A DNA stretch of 64,000 nucleotides, taken from the NCBI RefSeq assembly GCF_009914755.1, contig NC_060937.1; one strand, given 5' to 3'. The notes beneath the pieces are model-generated. The model had not been told where the DNA came from, made no database searches, and saw only the letters and a program-made list of their open reading frames with translations. Source of the DNA: the human T2T-CHM13v2.0 reference genome, Homo sapiens. Each line of letters opens with the position of its first letter. The stretch's first letter is position 1. The translations under genes were made by a program, and so were the position numbers. Positions 1-13,135 of this stretch are shown piece by piece.

Positions 1-295
1 GTTTAGCTCCTCAATGCCCTGAGTAATTTTGGGAGATCAAATGCACACTTACAAATTATGTTTTAACTAACCAATGTGGTTTTATAGATAATAATTAAGC
101 ACTTATATTTAATGACTTTGATGGACAATAAATTTAGAATAGTGTATAAAAACTTAGGGTGAAATAATTTTTTATCATAGAAATTTTTGATAAAATTTTC
201 AAATTTATTTATATGTTGATAGATCTATTTTATGATTATGAAAATATGTGAGCATATCTGTATCAATCTGTATGTAATATACATGTGAAAACATG

Positions 296-315
296 TACAA
301 ACACACACACACACC
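296..315. repeat. short (AC)n microsatellite
   Basis: acaaacacacacacacaccc. Confidence 0.7.
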
Positions 316-1434
316 CTTATTGGCACACATATTTTACTTATATGATAAATGTTAAGATAAATGATAGAGTTAAGAAGTTAATAAGACATTTTACTTTCAT
401 AAATACATGAGACTGAAGACATAGGATTTTTTTAAAGTCAGAAACAATTGCAACAAAAAAAATAATGTTGTCTGGGACATGATATTAAAAAAAAGTGATT
501 GTAACCAGGAGCAGCAATTACCTCAGAATTATCTATGTCAAAGGACAGACAAATTATTCCCTATGTGCCAATTTCTAGGATTCTTCTTTTTTTAAATTCT
601 AAATAATAATGCATCATCATACATCATTTATCTCGGGACAAAGATAAAGTGAGAAAATAATATAGTAAAACATGGTACATTTTTATAAATTTATAAACTT
701 AAAAAATTTAGTAACAGTATGTAGATCTGAGTAAATTTTCACTTCACTCCTTAACAATGGATTCAATGCTTAATATTATTACAGAAATTTGATTATAAAG
801 TAAAATGTAAAGTTTATTTCTTTTCCCCAAGTTAAATTGTGTGCTCTTCATATCACTAGAAAAACATTGTCTCAATAAAAAAATCAGCCTTTCTCATCAA
901 TTATTTCAAAACATTGCTCATTTATATTCTAAGGCACCAACAATAATTAGTGAATCAAAGAAATCCAACGTAAGCTTCTTAAGATTAACAACCATTCCAT
1001 ATGGATTTTTTATCTTCAGGTTCATAAGTTTCTCTCATTTGAATTAATGACTGTATGTTGCCAAAATAAACAAATCTTTCTTGAGCTAATTTATTAGTAC
1101 ATCTCCCAAGATTATTTATGTTGATCTTTTTTCACATATTTCTATTTCCTTTTAATGACATTAGGCTGACAGTGTATAACCAATTATATGTATATAAATG
1201 AATATATAATGTATCATATATTATATATGCATATAGTGTGTGTGTATATTATATATAACTACTGATATAGAACAGATAAATTAGCAGCAAATATTTTGTT
1301 AAAAGCGTATTTTAATAATATGCCAGTAGGAATAAGAGTAACAGCAGCTGTAATAAATATAACAAAATGAATAGCATATTTGTAAAATATATAGGTGTAA
1401 AGTATGTAAATGAGAAGAATGGGTTAAGTGCTTA

Positions 1435-1620
1435 TAAGAATTATCTCATTTCATGTTAACTATAAGCATATATTGCTCATATTAATATTCTTCTTGTAGA
1501 TAAAGAAACTTGGGGTCTAAAAAGTTATGTAATAACCCTTGGCCATAAAGGTAATACATATCAGAGCTAGTATTTGAGGTCATGTATACCAGAATTTCCA
1601 CTCTTAATCATTAATACATA
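1435..1620 (-). mobile_element. MIR SINE, degenerate
   Basis: gtagataaagaaacttgggg...aagttatgtaataacccttggccata...cagagctagtatttga...ctcttaatca resembles the reverse-complement MIR core (ACAGATGAGGAAACTGAGG...GCTCTTAACCAC). Confidence 0.65.
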
Positions 1621-2554
1621 ATAGTGTAGGTCTACAGATATAGATTTTATTCTGATGATAATTCTTTTTCAGATATTTCACAACAGATAGAAAGAAACCA
1701 ATGTCCTATTGAAAAGAATTGCCCTCAATTCTGAGTTTGATGAATCATTTTCATCCAAATGAATTTGCAATGAGTCAGAAAGTACTTCTAGGAAACAAAT
1801 GAACAAAAAAAAATCACAATTGTAGAAGCTTGGTTAATGAAGCAATTATGGTGAAAATATTTCAAATGAATCACTGTGAATTGACAACCTAGTAATTTAC
1901 AGATATTTCTGGGTATTTAATCATTGAAAACCATACATGGCCACATATGAACACCTGGGATTCAATGAAACTATTTGAACATGGTGATGTTGCAGGCTGG
2001 GTGCTTGTGCAAACAGAGATTTGAACTAAGTCATAACAGAGGAATATTTTAGGAAATTAATATTTTATCTCTGAAGGCAACAGGGCCTCTGACAATAATA
2101 TCAGATATGTTAATGCCCTTTACATTTTATTTAAAATACCTCATTATATCACCATGTATTCAATTTTGCCAGGTTACGTATGAAAGGACAACTTGACTGT
2201 CTTTGGAGGTTCTATTTAATAACTTGTGTTTGGGGAGCAGAGTCATTATGTGGAATATCAATATCCAAAACTAGTTGTCTCAGTTAATATCATGGCAAGT
2301 CCAGAGTAATTGTATCACAGGTGAAATTTCCTGTGTTCTTCTGTGTCAATAACTTGTGGGATAGGAGTTGATAAAATTCTATTGTATTTTAATGTCTACA
2401 TCCTTGTGGATGATTGATTGGATCTCTGAGACGTCAACTATTTGAATATATTTGAAGTGACAATATGTGTGGAAATAGGGGTTGGAGTATGGAGGATGGG
2501 AGGTGACGATGGAAAATTTGGAGGTGAGAACAAAGAATATAAGATAGAAAATAA

Positions 2555-2635
2555 AAGATCAAGACTATTTAGGATATTTGCATCATATTAATGATTTTGG
2601 ATTTTAACCTGAGAACAATGAAAAGTCACGATTGC
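2555..2635 (-). mobile_element. L2 LINE fragment
   Basis: gattttggattttaacctgagaacaatgaaaagtca resembles antisense L2 'gagtttggattttatcctgagggcaatgggaagcca'. Confidence 0.4.
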
Positions 2636-4381
2636 AAGTTTTATTAATTAATTCACATTTTAAATATTCTTCCTTATGCTTTCCCCAGTTGTTTTTTATG
2701 GCTTTCTTCTTTCATTTCTCTCCATTTGTCCTTGCCCTCATCACTGCTTCATTTCCTAATTTAATCATCACTTAATTGTCTTCTCTAGTTTTAGCTCCTT
2801 TTCTTTTGCTTGTCATGTCTTTAGTGCTGTTATGTGTTATCTCCTTTGTCAATTCTTAGAGAGAAACAAATAATAAATTATTTGAGAAATACTTGAATAT
2901 TTTCTAGGCTTCTTGATTTATGTATTTTGACATTTAGATATTACATTTTACTTGGTTCAGTATCTTTTCCTCAGAAATTTATTTCTATCTGCTCTCTGTA
3001 GTATATATATTTTTAATAATTTTCACCAGTTTTACATCATTTAATTAGTCCTCTCTATATTATATCAATTTTTACTTTAGTATCTGTGTATTGAATGAAT
3101 TGGATAGATGAAATAAAAAGTTTAGGTAACAGGTGTTATTACTTTATCAATTTGTGCTCAGACTTTGCAAAACTAGTATATAAACCTGATTTTTACGAAC
3201 AATTAATGTAGTTCCCAGATCAAAACTCATTTTAATGTTTAAAAAAATTATTTTTTGGTTATGTTCTCTAAAGAGCAGAATACATTCAGGGATAAATAAT
3301 TCATTATCATAGTAGATTTTTAGAAAGAGTGTTTTCCTAGGCCTTATCTTTTTAATAACCAAAGGCTATACTTGTATCAAACATAGTCTGATTATGCTCA
3401 GCATATGAAATCTAATTTTTCAGCTACTGAGTGTGGAAAAAAAAAAACACATGTAATTTTGTCTACTGGTATCAGAAAGTTGGCCAGTGCTAATATATTG
3501 GTTTGACTATATGGATAAGAATGTAATTGACCATTTTTTAAATATCAGAAACATTTATTCAGCCGAAGACATGATTCTCTGGATGCAGTGTTAGCACACC
3601 ATATTAAGAATATTATTTTTATCTTTGATTATTTCACCCTTATCTACTCATTTAATCTTCAGCTTTGCTGTCTGGTTGGTCATTAGCATTCACAGAAGCA
3701 AATCACATTTCACTTCAGTGCTGTAGAAGAGGAGCTGAAAAGCCCCATATTGCTCTATAAGTGATTAGGTTTTTGACTTCAGTGTCTATTTATATTCTAT
3801 TCTTCTCTGACACACTGGGACCCAGGAAAGAGTTGACAATAGCTAGGGTAATTAACCGATTGTGAAGCCCTTCATATTGCTGTAAAAAACTCAATAAGTC
3901 AATGGTTAGGCTCAAACTCATCAACATGAAAAAAATGCTCAATAACCAGCCTGGACTATGATTGTTAATTTAGCAATGACATTTTGAATAGGAATTTTAG
4001 TTGCTTTAGTTTTAAGTAGTAGATGAGATGCTTGGCCTTATTAAGCCAGGACTTAAAGATTTGAGAAGTAGTAATGATTGGTTAAAACCTGGCTACTGGT
4101 GCAGAATACAAAGGAAATAAGCTCCAAATGTGAGGCACTAAGATCATAGAGAAAAACTGAGGATGTCATAAAACTATAACAATTGCAGTATGCAAGGTTA
4201 AATAAAGCAAAAAAGCAGAATTGTTTTGGGAAATGAACAAATTTTCTTGGATTTTAAGGAAAAAGTACCACAGATGTTTAAATATTTTAATAAACAGAAA
4301 GACTGAAAATAATCAGTACTGATGACTGTATTTTATCCGTCTCAGTGATTGAAATGAAATGCCCACACCATTTGAACTTAA

Positions 4382-4505
4382 ATTTTTTTGTGCAATGGTA
4401 TGATTATAGCTCATTGTAATTCTGAACACCTGGACTCAAATGATCCTCCTGCCCCAGCCTCTTGAGAGTTGGGACTACAGGTTTTGGCAAGTACACCCCA
4501 CCTAA
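4382..4505 (-). mobile_element. old Alu monomer fragment (FRAM/AluJ right-arm-like)
   Basis: tgcaatggtatgattatagctcattgta...tggactcaaatgatcctcctgccccagcctc...gggactacagg. Confidence 0.75.
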
Positions 4506-4579
4506 GTGAGTTTTTATATAGAGCCAGTATTATTAGCAGCAGCCTTTGAAAATGTCAGAAGTCTTCTTTTTAAATATAA

Positions 4580-4841
4580 TTTGATTTTTTAATTTTTAAT
4601 TTTTGTGGGTACATGGTAGGTATATATATTTATGGGGTATATAAGATATTTTGATACAGGCATACAATGCATAATAATCACATCAGGGTAAATAGGGGAT
4701 TCATAACTTCAAGCACTTTTTCTTTTTGTTACAAACAATCCAATTATATTCTTTTAGTTATTTTAAAATATACAATAAATTATTGTTGACTGTAGTCACC
4801 CTGCTGTGCTATCAAATACTAGATCTTATCCATTCCATTTA
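4580..4841 (-). mobile_element. L1 3' end (L1MA1-3/L1PB-like), 5'-truncated
   Basis: T-rich tail followed by tttgtgggtacatggtagg...gatacaggcatacaatgc...aatcacatcagggtaaat...gctatcaaatactag. Confidence 0.85.
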
Positions 4842-5164
4842 GCTTTGTTTCAAGTTTCAAAAACCATATACTTTATCTTTTTCATTTTCTATTTAAAATT
4901 TCTTTAAACTTCAGTTTCAAATAAAATGAAAAATATATTTTATTTAATTTTATTTTCTTTTTAATTACTAACACTGCAATATTTAAACAATGTACTTTTT
5001 ACCTCTTAAAATTTGTTGTATTAGGTTCTGACCAATAGTTGTTACAACGTAAACTATTAACCATTTCTGCTGCTTCATTATTTTATTGAAAGTAAACATT
5101 TGAATAAACACATTATGATTAAATGTTTTAATATGAAACTACAAAGCCATTTTCAAAACTTTAT

Positions 5165-5550
5165 CATGTTTATGTTCTCACTCATATGTGAGAGACTTTA
5201 AAGTTTATCTCACAGAGGTAGAGATTAGAATGCTGGATACCAGAGGCTAAGAAGAGAAGGGGTAGAAGGTGAAGAGAGGTTCATTAAGGGGTACAAACAC
5301 ATAGATAGAAGGAATGATTTATAGTGTTTTATTGCACACTAGGCTGACTATACTTATCAGTAATTTGCTGTACATTTCAAAATAGCTAGAAAAGAAGATT
5401 TGAGATATTCTCAACACAAATAAATGATCAACGTTTGAAGTGATGGATATCCCAATTGCTCTGATTTGATCATTACACATTGCATCTATAAAAAATCACA
5501 TGTAATCTATAAATATGTAGAATTATTACCATAAATAAAAGAAAAACAAA
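5165..5550 (+). mobile_element. L1 3' UTR (L1MA4-5-like)
   Basis: atgttctcactcatatgtg...gataccagaggct...gggtacaaacac...tttgaagtgatggatatccc...gatcattacacattg, then an A-rich tail. Confidence 0.85.
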
Positions 5551-5957
5551 CAGGTTATCAAATGCTAATATGAAAATATTTTGCAATCTTAGGAAATGAC
5601 TTGCAAATAAGTGCATGATCTTCCATAAATTGAATTTTCTTTGCAATGCAGTGGCAAGTAGATTGTCAGTACCAAGATATCTTGGCATTTAGAAATACAA
5701 AATGTGACTTGAGGGCAAATTGACTAATTTTATCATATATTTGCTTTTTATTTGTGAATTAAAAGATTTAAAATATATTTAAAAAATACAAGCCTGAAAA
5801 AAATTGGTAAAAAGCTAATTTTATAATGATGAAAAATTTAATATCAAAGTAGCTTGTAACACATATATTAGGGTGTCCATTTATTTCATAATTAGCATAG
5901 GATATCTTGGTATTTGAATAAAGACATTTATTATAAATGCTACTTCATAGAAATTGA

Positions 5958-6309
<352 letters not shown>

Positions 6310-7019
6310 AATAATTTCTATTTAGATATAAAAATGATTAATAAAATGATAAAACAATACTCTTTGTGAGATAAATTCAAGATGATTTTTCTTTTGGAAA
6401 GTAGTAATATTTTACTTAATATCTACTTAGGACTCTAAATATGAATCCTGGGAAAACTAAACACTATTTGTTAGTGAGTCCTTAAATATAAAAGATATAT
6501 TAGAGGGCAAGTTTAAATTAAGACCCATTTTGAAAAATAAAATAAAGGATAGAACCAAAGAAACTTTCAAACAACACTAATTTTCAGAAGTCATGGTATT
6601 TGAATAACAATAATTTATTTGTATACCAAGAAATCACATAATCACAAGGAAAATATAAATATAGAATTTTAAATACAAAAGAAGTAATGATAGGACACAA
6701 TTGCAAAACTAACATGAGAACTGTAGGAAAAAGATTAATTTTGAAATTATTTGCAGAGGACTAAGAATTTGTTCTACGGCAAGGGACTAAGTGTTAACCA
6801 GGCAGAAGGGAGTGTGATGGGGATATTCATTTAAAATATTTATACATTGTGAGCAAAAATGCGAAGAAAGAAGTAAACATGTTCTGTTGATTAAGGAAAC
6901 ATTTATACTATCAAAGTGTTCATTGTCTAGTGGTTTAGAATATATAACAATTATAAGTCTGAATAATTGCATGTGTATAATAAGAAAACAAATCCAACAG
7001 AAGCAGACCCACCCATTAA

Positions 7020-7117
7020 ATGCACATTTATTTATGCATTAGTTACTGCATTAGACCCTGAGGACACATTTGTCAGCCAAAAAGGCAGGGTTGCAGTCCT
7101 TGAAGAATGTATATCTA
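7020..7117 (-). mobile_element. L2 3' fragment
   Basis: tgcattagaccctgaggacaca...aggcagggttgcagtccttgaagaatgtatatcta resembles the antisense L2 3' end. Confidence 0.4.
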
Positions 7118-7235
7118 TTCTTCATTCTTTGTTTTTACCAATTTTATGACCAAAAATATGGAATTTGTGAAACGTCAAGCTGCTCTGTTGGAATCTGGCA
7201 ATAGCAGTTAAGAACAGTAATTAAGATTTGGTGAA

Positions 7236-8150
7236 CATCAGAAAAATTCAAAGCAACATCACAACGAGATATTACTTCACATCTCTTAGGATGGCTATTG
7301 TCAAAAACAAAAACAAAATGTGTTGGAAAGGCTGGAGAAAAATTGGAACGCTTTATGCTTTTGGTAGAAATAATTGTAAAATGGCACATCTAATATGGAA
7401 AACATGGAGGTTCTTCAAAAAATTAAAAATAGAACCACCATGTGATTCAGCAATCCTGCTCCTGGGCATATATTAAAAAGATCTGAATTCAGGGTCTCAG
7501 AGAGATAGCTACACTCTTATGTTTATGGCAGCTTTATTAACAATAGCCAAGATATGAAAATAACCAAAATGTCCATTGACAGATGAATGGGTAAAGAAAA
7601 ACAAAAATGTGAAATATACATGCAATGGAATAAAATTCAGCCTGAAAAAACGAAATCCTAACATTTGCAACAACTTACCTGAGTCTGGATGACATCATAT
7701 TAAGTGAAATGTCAGTGACAGAAAGACAAATGCTGAATGACTTCCCTTATATGAGATATCTAAAATGGCCAAGGTATAGAAAGGCAAAATAGAACGGTGA
7801 CTGCCAGGAGGTAGGAGGAGGACACAATGGTTATTGTTGTTCAGTGGGTATAAAGTTATAGTTATACAAAATAAGTAAGTTCTAGATAATGTGGTATACA
7901 GCATAATACCTATAATTCAAAGTACAGTTTGTGCACTTAAAAATTTGTTAAGAGGATGGAGCTCATGTTAAGTGTTCTTACAAAAACAAAAAAAAAAGGA
8001 CATGGGAAAACCTTTGGGAGTGATGGATATGTTTACTACCTTAACTGAGGTTATGGTATCATGGGTGTACACTTATATCCAAACTCATCAAATTTTATAT
8101 ATTAAATAGGTGTAGTTTTTAAGATATATCAATTATGCATTCATAAATCT
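7236..8150 (+). mobile_element. L1 (L1MA9-L1MB-like): ORF2 C-terminus remnant plus 3' UTR
   Basis: ORF 7228-7476 (TTRYYFTSLRMAIVK..CWKGWRKIGTL..WRFFKKLKIEPPCDSAILLLGIY) matches the L1 ORF2p Cys-rich C-terminal region. A typical 3' UTR follows. Confidence 0.9.
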
Positions 8151-8487
8151 GTAAAAACTTTACGGTGTAATTTTTTCTCTGCTCTTTAATTCTGAAGAAT
8201 ATATTACTATATGTAAAGGAATTCACAGAGAAGAATGAAAGGTTATATTTCTCATATGATAATTCCAGCTTAAATAAATAATATGCCAATACTGACTCTC
8301 CCATTCAGCAGTTCTAAAAGTTTTTATAAATTATTTGGCTGCTTTGTGTTTCTTCATATGAAAACAAAAATAATATAGTTGTAAAGATTATAAAGAAAAC
8401 ATGTAACACTTTTACAGCTATGCTTGGCACATACACAGCATTATAGATGTGTTGGTTATTATAGTACAAATAATTTGATGATAATAA

Positions 8488-9025
8488 TTTCATTGTGGCT
8501 TAGTTTGCATTTTCCTGATAAACAATGAGATTGAGCCTCTCTTCATATGTTTATTAGTCATTTGTTTATCTTGTTTATTTGAAATGCCTATTTGTTTCTA
8601 GTTCATTTTGTGATTACGTTTATCACTTTTATACACTGAAATTTTTAATACATTTGATGTGTGAATCCATTGATCAGTATATTTCAGCTATATTCTTTAT
8701 GTCTGTGGTCTGCCTTTTCAATTTTTTAAAGTTTTTGATTAATAGAAGTTCATAATTATACTGTTTTCCAACTTTCAAATTTTATGATTAGTTGTTTTTG
8801 CTTTTGTTTTCTTTTATTCGTTTTAGAAAATCTTTGCATGCCCTCAGTTCATGATTACATTAATTGGCTTGTCTGTCTTTGAGCCAGTACCATACTGTCT
8901 TAATTCTTGTGGGCCTAAAAGTCTTGGTATCAAGTAGGGTACTTCTCAGATTTCATTCTTTAGATGCTTTAGATCCTGTTGGCCTCTTACTTACTTGTCC
9001 ATATAAAATTAGAAATAGTTTGTCG

Positions 9026-9064
<39 letters not shown>

Positions 9065-10030
9065 CTCTCTCTCTCTCTCTCTCTCCCTCTCTCTCTCTCT
9101 TTTCTAATATTTTGTTTGGGATTTCTTTGAATGTGTAAACTAATTTGCAGAAAATTGACGTTTTTACACTGTTGAGTCTTCCAAATCACAAACATCAAAT
9201 GCAATTTATACCTCTATTTATTTAGGCCTGTTATGATTTTGCTCAGCTAAATTTAATATTGTTTTATCTTGCATAACTCTTTCTAGATTTATTCTAGATG
9301 CTTGATTGTTTATAGTAATATTATTTTAAATGACGTATCTATTTGTTGGATGCTTTTATATAAAAATTGATATTTGACATGAGTGTGTCTGATAACCTTG
9401 CTAAAAGTTCGTATAAATTTCTATAATTTAGAGTTTTTCTTGGATTATTCATAGAGACCATAATGTTGTATATGGATCAAGACAGACTTAGTTCTTTCTT
9501 TCCAACTTCCTTTAATTTTTTCTTTTTACTTTATTACTAAGAGCTCTGGGCCAGTTATAAACAGAAGTGGTAATTGGTGGTCTCAGGGAAAGCATTCAGT
9601 CAGATCTATTGTTAAAGACTGTAGCACATGTAGTGATGCCCCTTTTCCACCTCTGATATTAGTGTAACTTTCTGTTTAATTTTGGTGGAAATTTTTTACA
9701 ATAATACATTTTCAAATAACAGGCATAAGAGTTTAGAAGGATTTTGTATAAGTTTAAATTTGATTTCAATATTTCAATATCTTATCTGTCTCATTTAGGC
9801 TCTTATTTTTATGGCTTTCTATTTTTAACACCTTGAGCTGGATAATTAAACTGTGTCAGCTGTTCAACTTTTCAATTATAAGAACTACAATTACATATTT
9901 TCCTCTACATAAGCTTTAACTGCATAGCATAATTTACAAGATGTTGTATTTTTATCATCTTTAAATAAGAACACTTACTAAATTTCAAACAGTTTGAGAA
10001 TTTTCTAAGTTAATTGTTGATATTTATCTG
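8488..10030 (-). mobile_element. old, highly degenerate L1 (L1MC/L1ME-type) ORF2 fragments
   Basis: ttcattgtggcttagtttgcattttcctgat...gccagtaccatactgtcttaatt...ttgagtcttccaaatca...acagaagtggt; boundaries approximate. Confidence 0.7.
9028..9100. repeat. compound (CA)n(CT)n microsatellite
   Basis: about 17 AC units followed directly by about 20 CT units with one interruption. Confidence 0.95.
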
Positions 10031-11859
10031 AATCTCCCTATGACATGGTAACATCTTCTGAAGGTTTATTCTTGAGGTTTGCTGAGACTTGTTCCTCATA
10101 TTTTAAAACAAATTTTATAGTTTTTTTAAGACTCTATTTAACAAGCTCATAAGCCTGTAGAACGTCTTTTTGAGTCTCATATTGTCTGGCAGTTAGTGAT
10201 TTTTATATAATTTTGCTAGTCTCAAACCAGTCATGGTTTAGTGTAGAATTTTTTTCTTTCATCTTGTACATTCTGTCTTCCAATATAATCTTTCCTCAAC
10301 ATCTGCCACTGACTGTATAAGAAGAAATTACAATTTCTGGTTAGATAATTTTAAGATTAGTAGGATATAAATAAGGAGTTTATCTTATTCGTAACCATTT
10401 TCTTTTCACAACATATCCTTTTACTTAGAAATGCTGCAGTTTAGATCTAGACAAATTATTTGACAAACTGTAATTTATCTGTTTAAACGTAAAAGCATTT
10501 AAAAGTTTTAAATAAAAGTTAGATAGAATCTTATTACTTGATATGGAAAAACATAAGTGCAGCCACTGTATGTGAAGTGAAGAGAGAGGGTCCAATATTC
10601 TGGATGCTGAACCCTCACATTGACCATCCTGAGTTGCTTTTAGAAGCATCTTCCAATAATCTCATTGAAAATCTAAGAAGCGAGCTGAAAGCGCCCTCAT
10701 ACAGTTCATCTTCCTTTAGCAGAGGATGCAGCCCAGAGAAACTGTTTCCATCGTCTTCTACAGAGTTGGTTTGTGGACCACTTTCATCTAAAGTTTATTC
10801 TCCTAAATATGTTTATCAAATGTTCCACCATTGTCTAACTGTTTGCAGAAAAGAACATATCATTGAAAAAGCAAAATAAGTAAATAAATATTGTAATCTA
10901 TTCTGCTAGAATGGCTTGCCGATCTGGATATAAAATTATTATCTCTCTTCTACCCCAAATTTCCTTTCCTGAAAAAGGTGGCATTAGAGAAAAAATGTAC
11001 ATTTTGGAATAAAAGGGTTAAGATATTTCTAGTAACACTTATCCACGATGGCAAGATAAATTAAAATTTTATAAATTATACCATATTTTTCCACTCTCTT
11101 TTTCTTTACCCAAATCTATTTTGTATTTCAAAGCAGTCATATGATGAGTAAAGACAAAGTCAGGCCAACTTCTAAGGCTGTACTACAATTAATCTAATAT
11201 TAACTGAATACAGAATGCAAATCTTATGCTTCCTGAAAATAAGTAACATAATTTCATATATGGAAAATTACAATCAATATAGTGATGCTAAGTTATTAGC
11301 CAAAGCTTAATTAATTGAGTTTATTTGTAAATTATTGTAGTTCATAATGGATTTTTAAAGTTTTGAAAGTAGTTGAAATGAAACACTGTGCATAGTTGTC
11401 ACTTTGAAGGTAATCTATTTATACTTCTTCCATTTATTTACCATTGTTGAATGTCAAAAAGAAATGTGATAGCACTTTGCTTAGCCAAATAATTTTTGCA
11501 CTAAATTTATTTGTCAGTGAGTTCTACTAAATTATAAAATTAATTATGCTTGCATTGACTCTGTTTCCATGGAGGGGAATAGAAGTGAAAAAAGGTTGAA
11601 AGTGTTCAATAGACAAATCTGTTGGTATTTGGAAAATATTGAAGCCTTTTTTTCATGTAAAGAGGCAGAAAAGATAAAATAAAATGAAGTAAAAGTAAAG
11701 AAAAAAAGGAAAAGAATGAAGAGGATGAAAATAAAAGAGAAAGGAACAGATATTTTAAAAATTAAATATGATATCTAAAGGTATTTTTATTTGTAATAAA
11801 GCACAGTAGATAAATTAAATGTATGAATTGTGCTACTTTGATATACTAATTTATCTATG

Positions 11860-11960
11860 ATTTATTGAATAATTACTATGTTCCTGGCACTCTGCAGGTT
11901 GATAAGAATGAAAACAGTGCCAACGAGGAGGGCACAGTCTTTTGAGACAGTGGCAAGTCA
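11860..11960 (-). mobile_element. L2 3' end fragment
   Basis: tttattgaataattactatgttcctggcactctg resembles the antisense L2 terminus (tttattgagcacctactatgtgccaggcactg). Confidence 0.55.
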
Positions 11961-12029
11961 ATTGGCAAACCTGATATTGTGTAGTGTGTGTTTTAATAAA
12001 GGTAAAAGAGAATACATAAGAGAGATATT

Positions 12030-12524
12030 CTTAGAGTTCTATACGTTAGAAGAAGTGTCTGGGTCATAAAGGCATCTGCAGGGCTCTGTTTCTTTCTGGA
12101 AGATCCTAGAAGAAAATCCATGTATTTCCTCAATTGTATTATTGCCAGAATTCAATTCCTTGCAACTGTTGAACTAAGGTCTCTATGTTTCTCTGGTTGT
12201 AAACTGTGGACCATTCCCAACTTTTAGAGGTTGCCACATTCTTTGGCTCCTAGCCTACTTCCTTTCCCCCAAGACCAGCAACGGTGAGTGCAGCCCTTCT
12301 CACAACAAACCTCTGACTCACTTTTCCAGCTTGCTCTTTTGCTTTTAAAGGCTCACATGGTGCAATTGGCCCCACAGAGGTAATATAAAATAATATTCCT
12401 AAATCAATGTCCTTTGCCTTCATTATATTTTCAATTTTTTTGGAATTTTACATTATATGTTTTCAGAGCTGGAGATTGGGAGATGGGCATCTTTGAGTAT
12501 GAGGGCATTATTCTGCCTATCACA
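12030..12524 (-). mobile_element. MaLR LTR, MLT1D/E-like
   Basis: Ends in gggcattattctgcctatcaca, the reverse complement of the MLT1D start TGTGGTAGGCAGAATAATG. Typical internal motifs are present. Confidence 0.8.
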
Positions 12525-12764
12525 GATACTTAACAAAAAGTAGTGAGAGATGGGCAGACAAGGAAGCAGTGGATAGGTATCCATATGTTAAAGAATAAAT
12601 TGATCTCAAGGAAAGAAAAAAATGAGTTTAGCAAGAACACTTTTAAAAAGTGGTTTGTAATTCAGAGAAAAAGAAATGACAATTTTGGAAAAGTGTCTTC
12701 CATTTACCAAGTGATGTCGACATCATGACAAGCTGAAGAGATTTTCAGCTGGAATGAAGTGGCT

Positions 12765-13135
12765 CCTCTGCCATGGTTGGGTATTTCAGTTTTATTTTAA
12801 ATGTAGCAGAAAACCATGGAAGCATTTTAAGAGATAAAATGCCATTATATACTCATTGTATAAAAATCAGTGACAGCAGCATGGGAAGGAATGGCAGGGG
12901 AGGGTCAAAGCTGGAGAAATAAAAGTTAAGAGGATAATACTATAAATGAGAGGAGAAGGAGCCGGATCATGGGCAGTGACAGTAATGAACTTGCAGAGGG
13001 GAAGTATTCTAACAATATTCAGGAAATACAAGTGAGAGAACCTGACAGAAAATTGGATGTGGAGGAGAAAGTTAACAGGGAAGAAAAACAATTTCAAGAA
13101 TTCTAGCTTTGAAAGCTGCAGATGAGAAATCAAAG
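12765..13135 (-). mobile_element. L2 LINE fragment
   Basis: purine-rich antisense L2 signature (ccatgg...tttattttaaatgtagcagaaaaccatggaagcattttaag...aattggatgtggagg). Confidence 0.6.

Noticed and set aside
4580-4841. Idea that this L1MA 3' end is the missing terminus of the L1 at 58832
   Set aside because: The two are 54 kb apart with many older elements (L2, MIR) between them. The family is abundant, so coincidence is more likely.
10538-10879. 113-aa ORF in non-repeat sequence
   Set aside because: It has a TTG start, no homology that I recognise and no clear splice signals. A lncRNA exon cannot be excluded, but nothing supports one.
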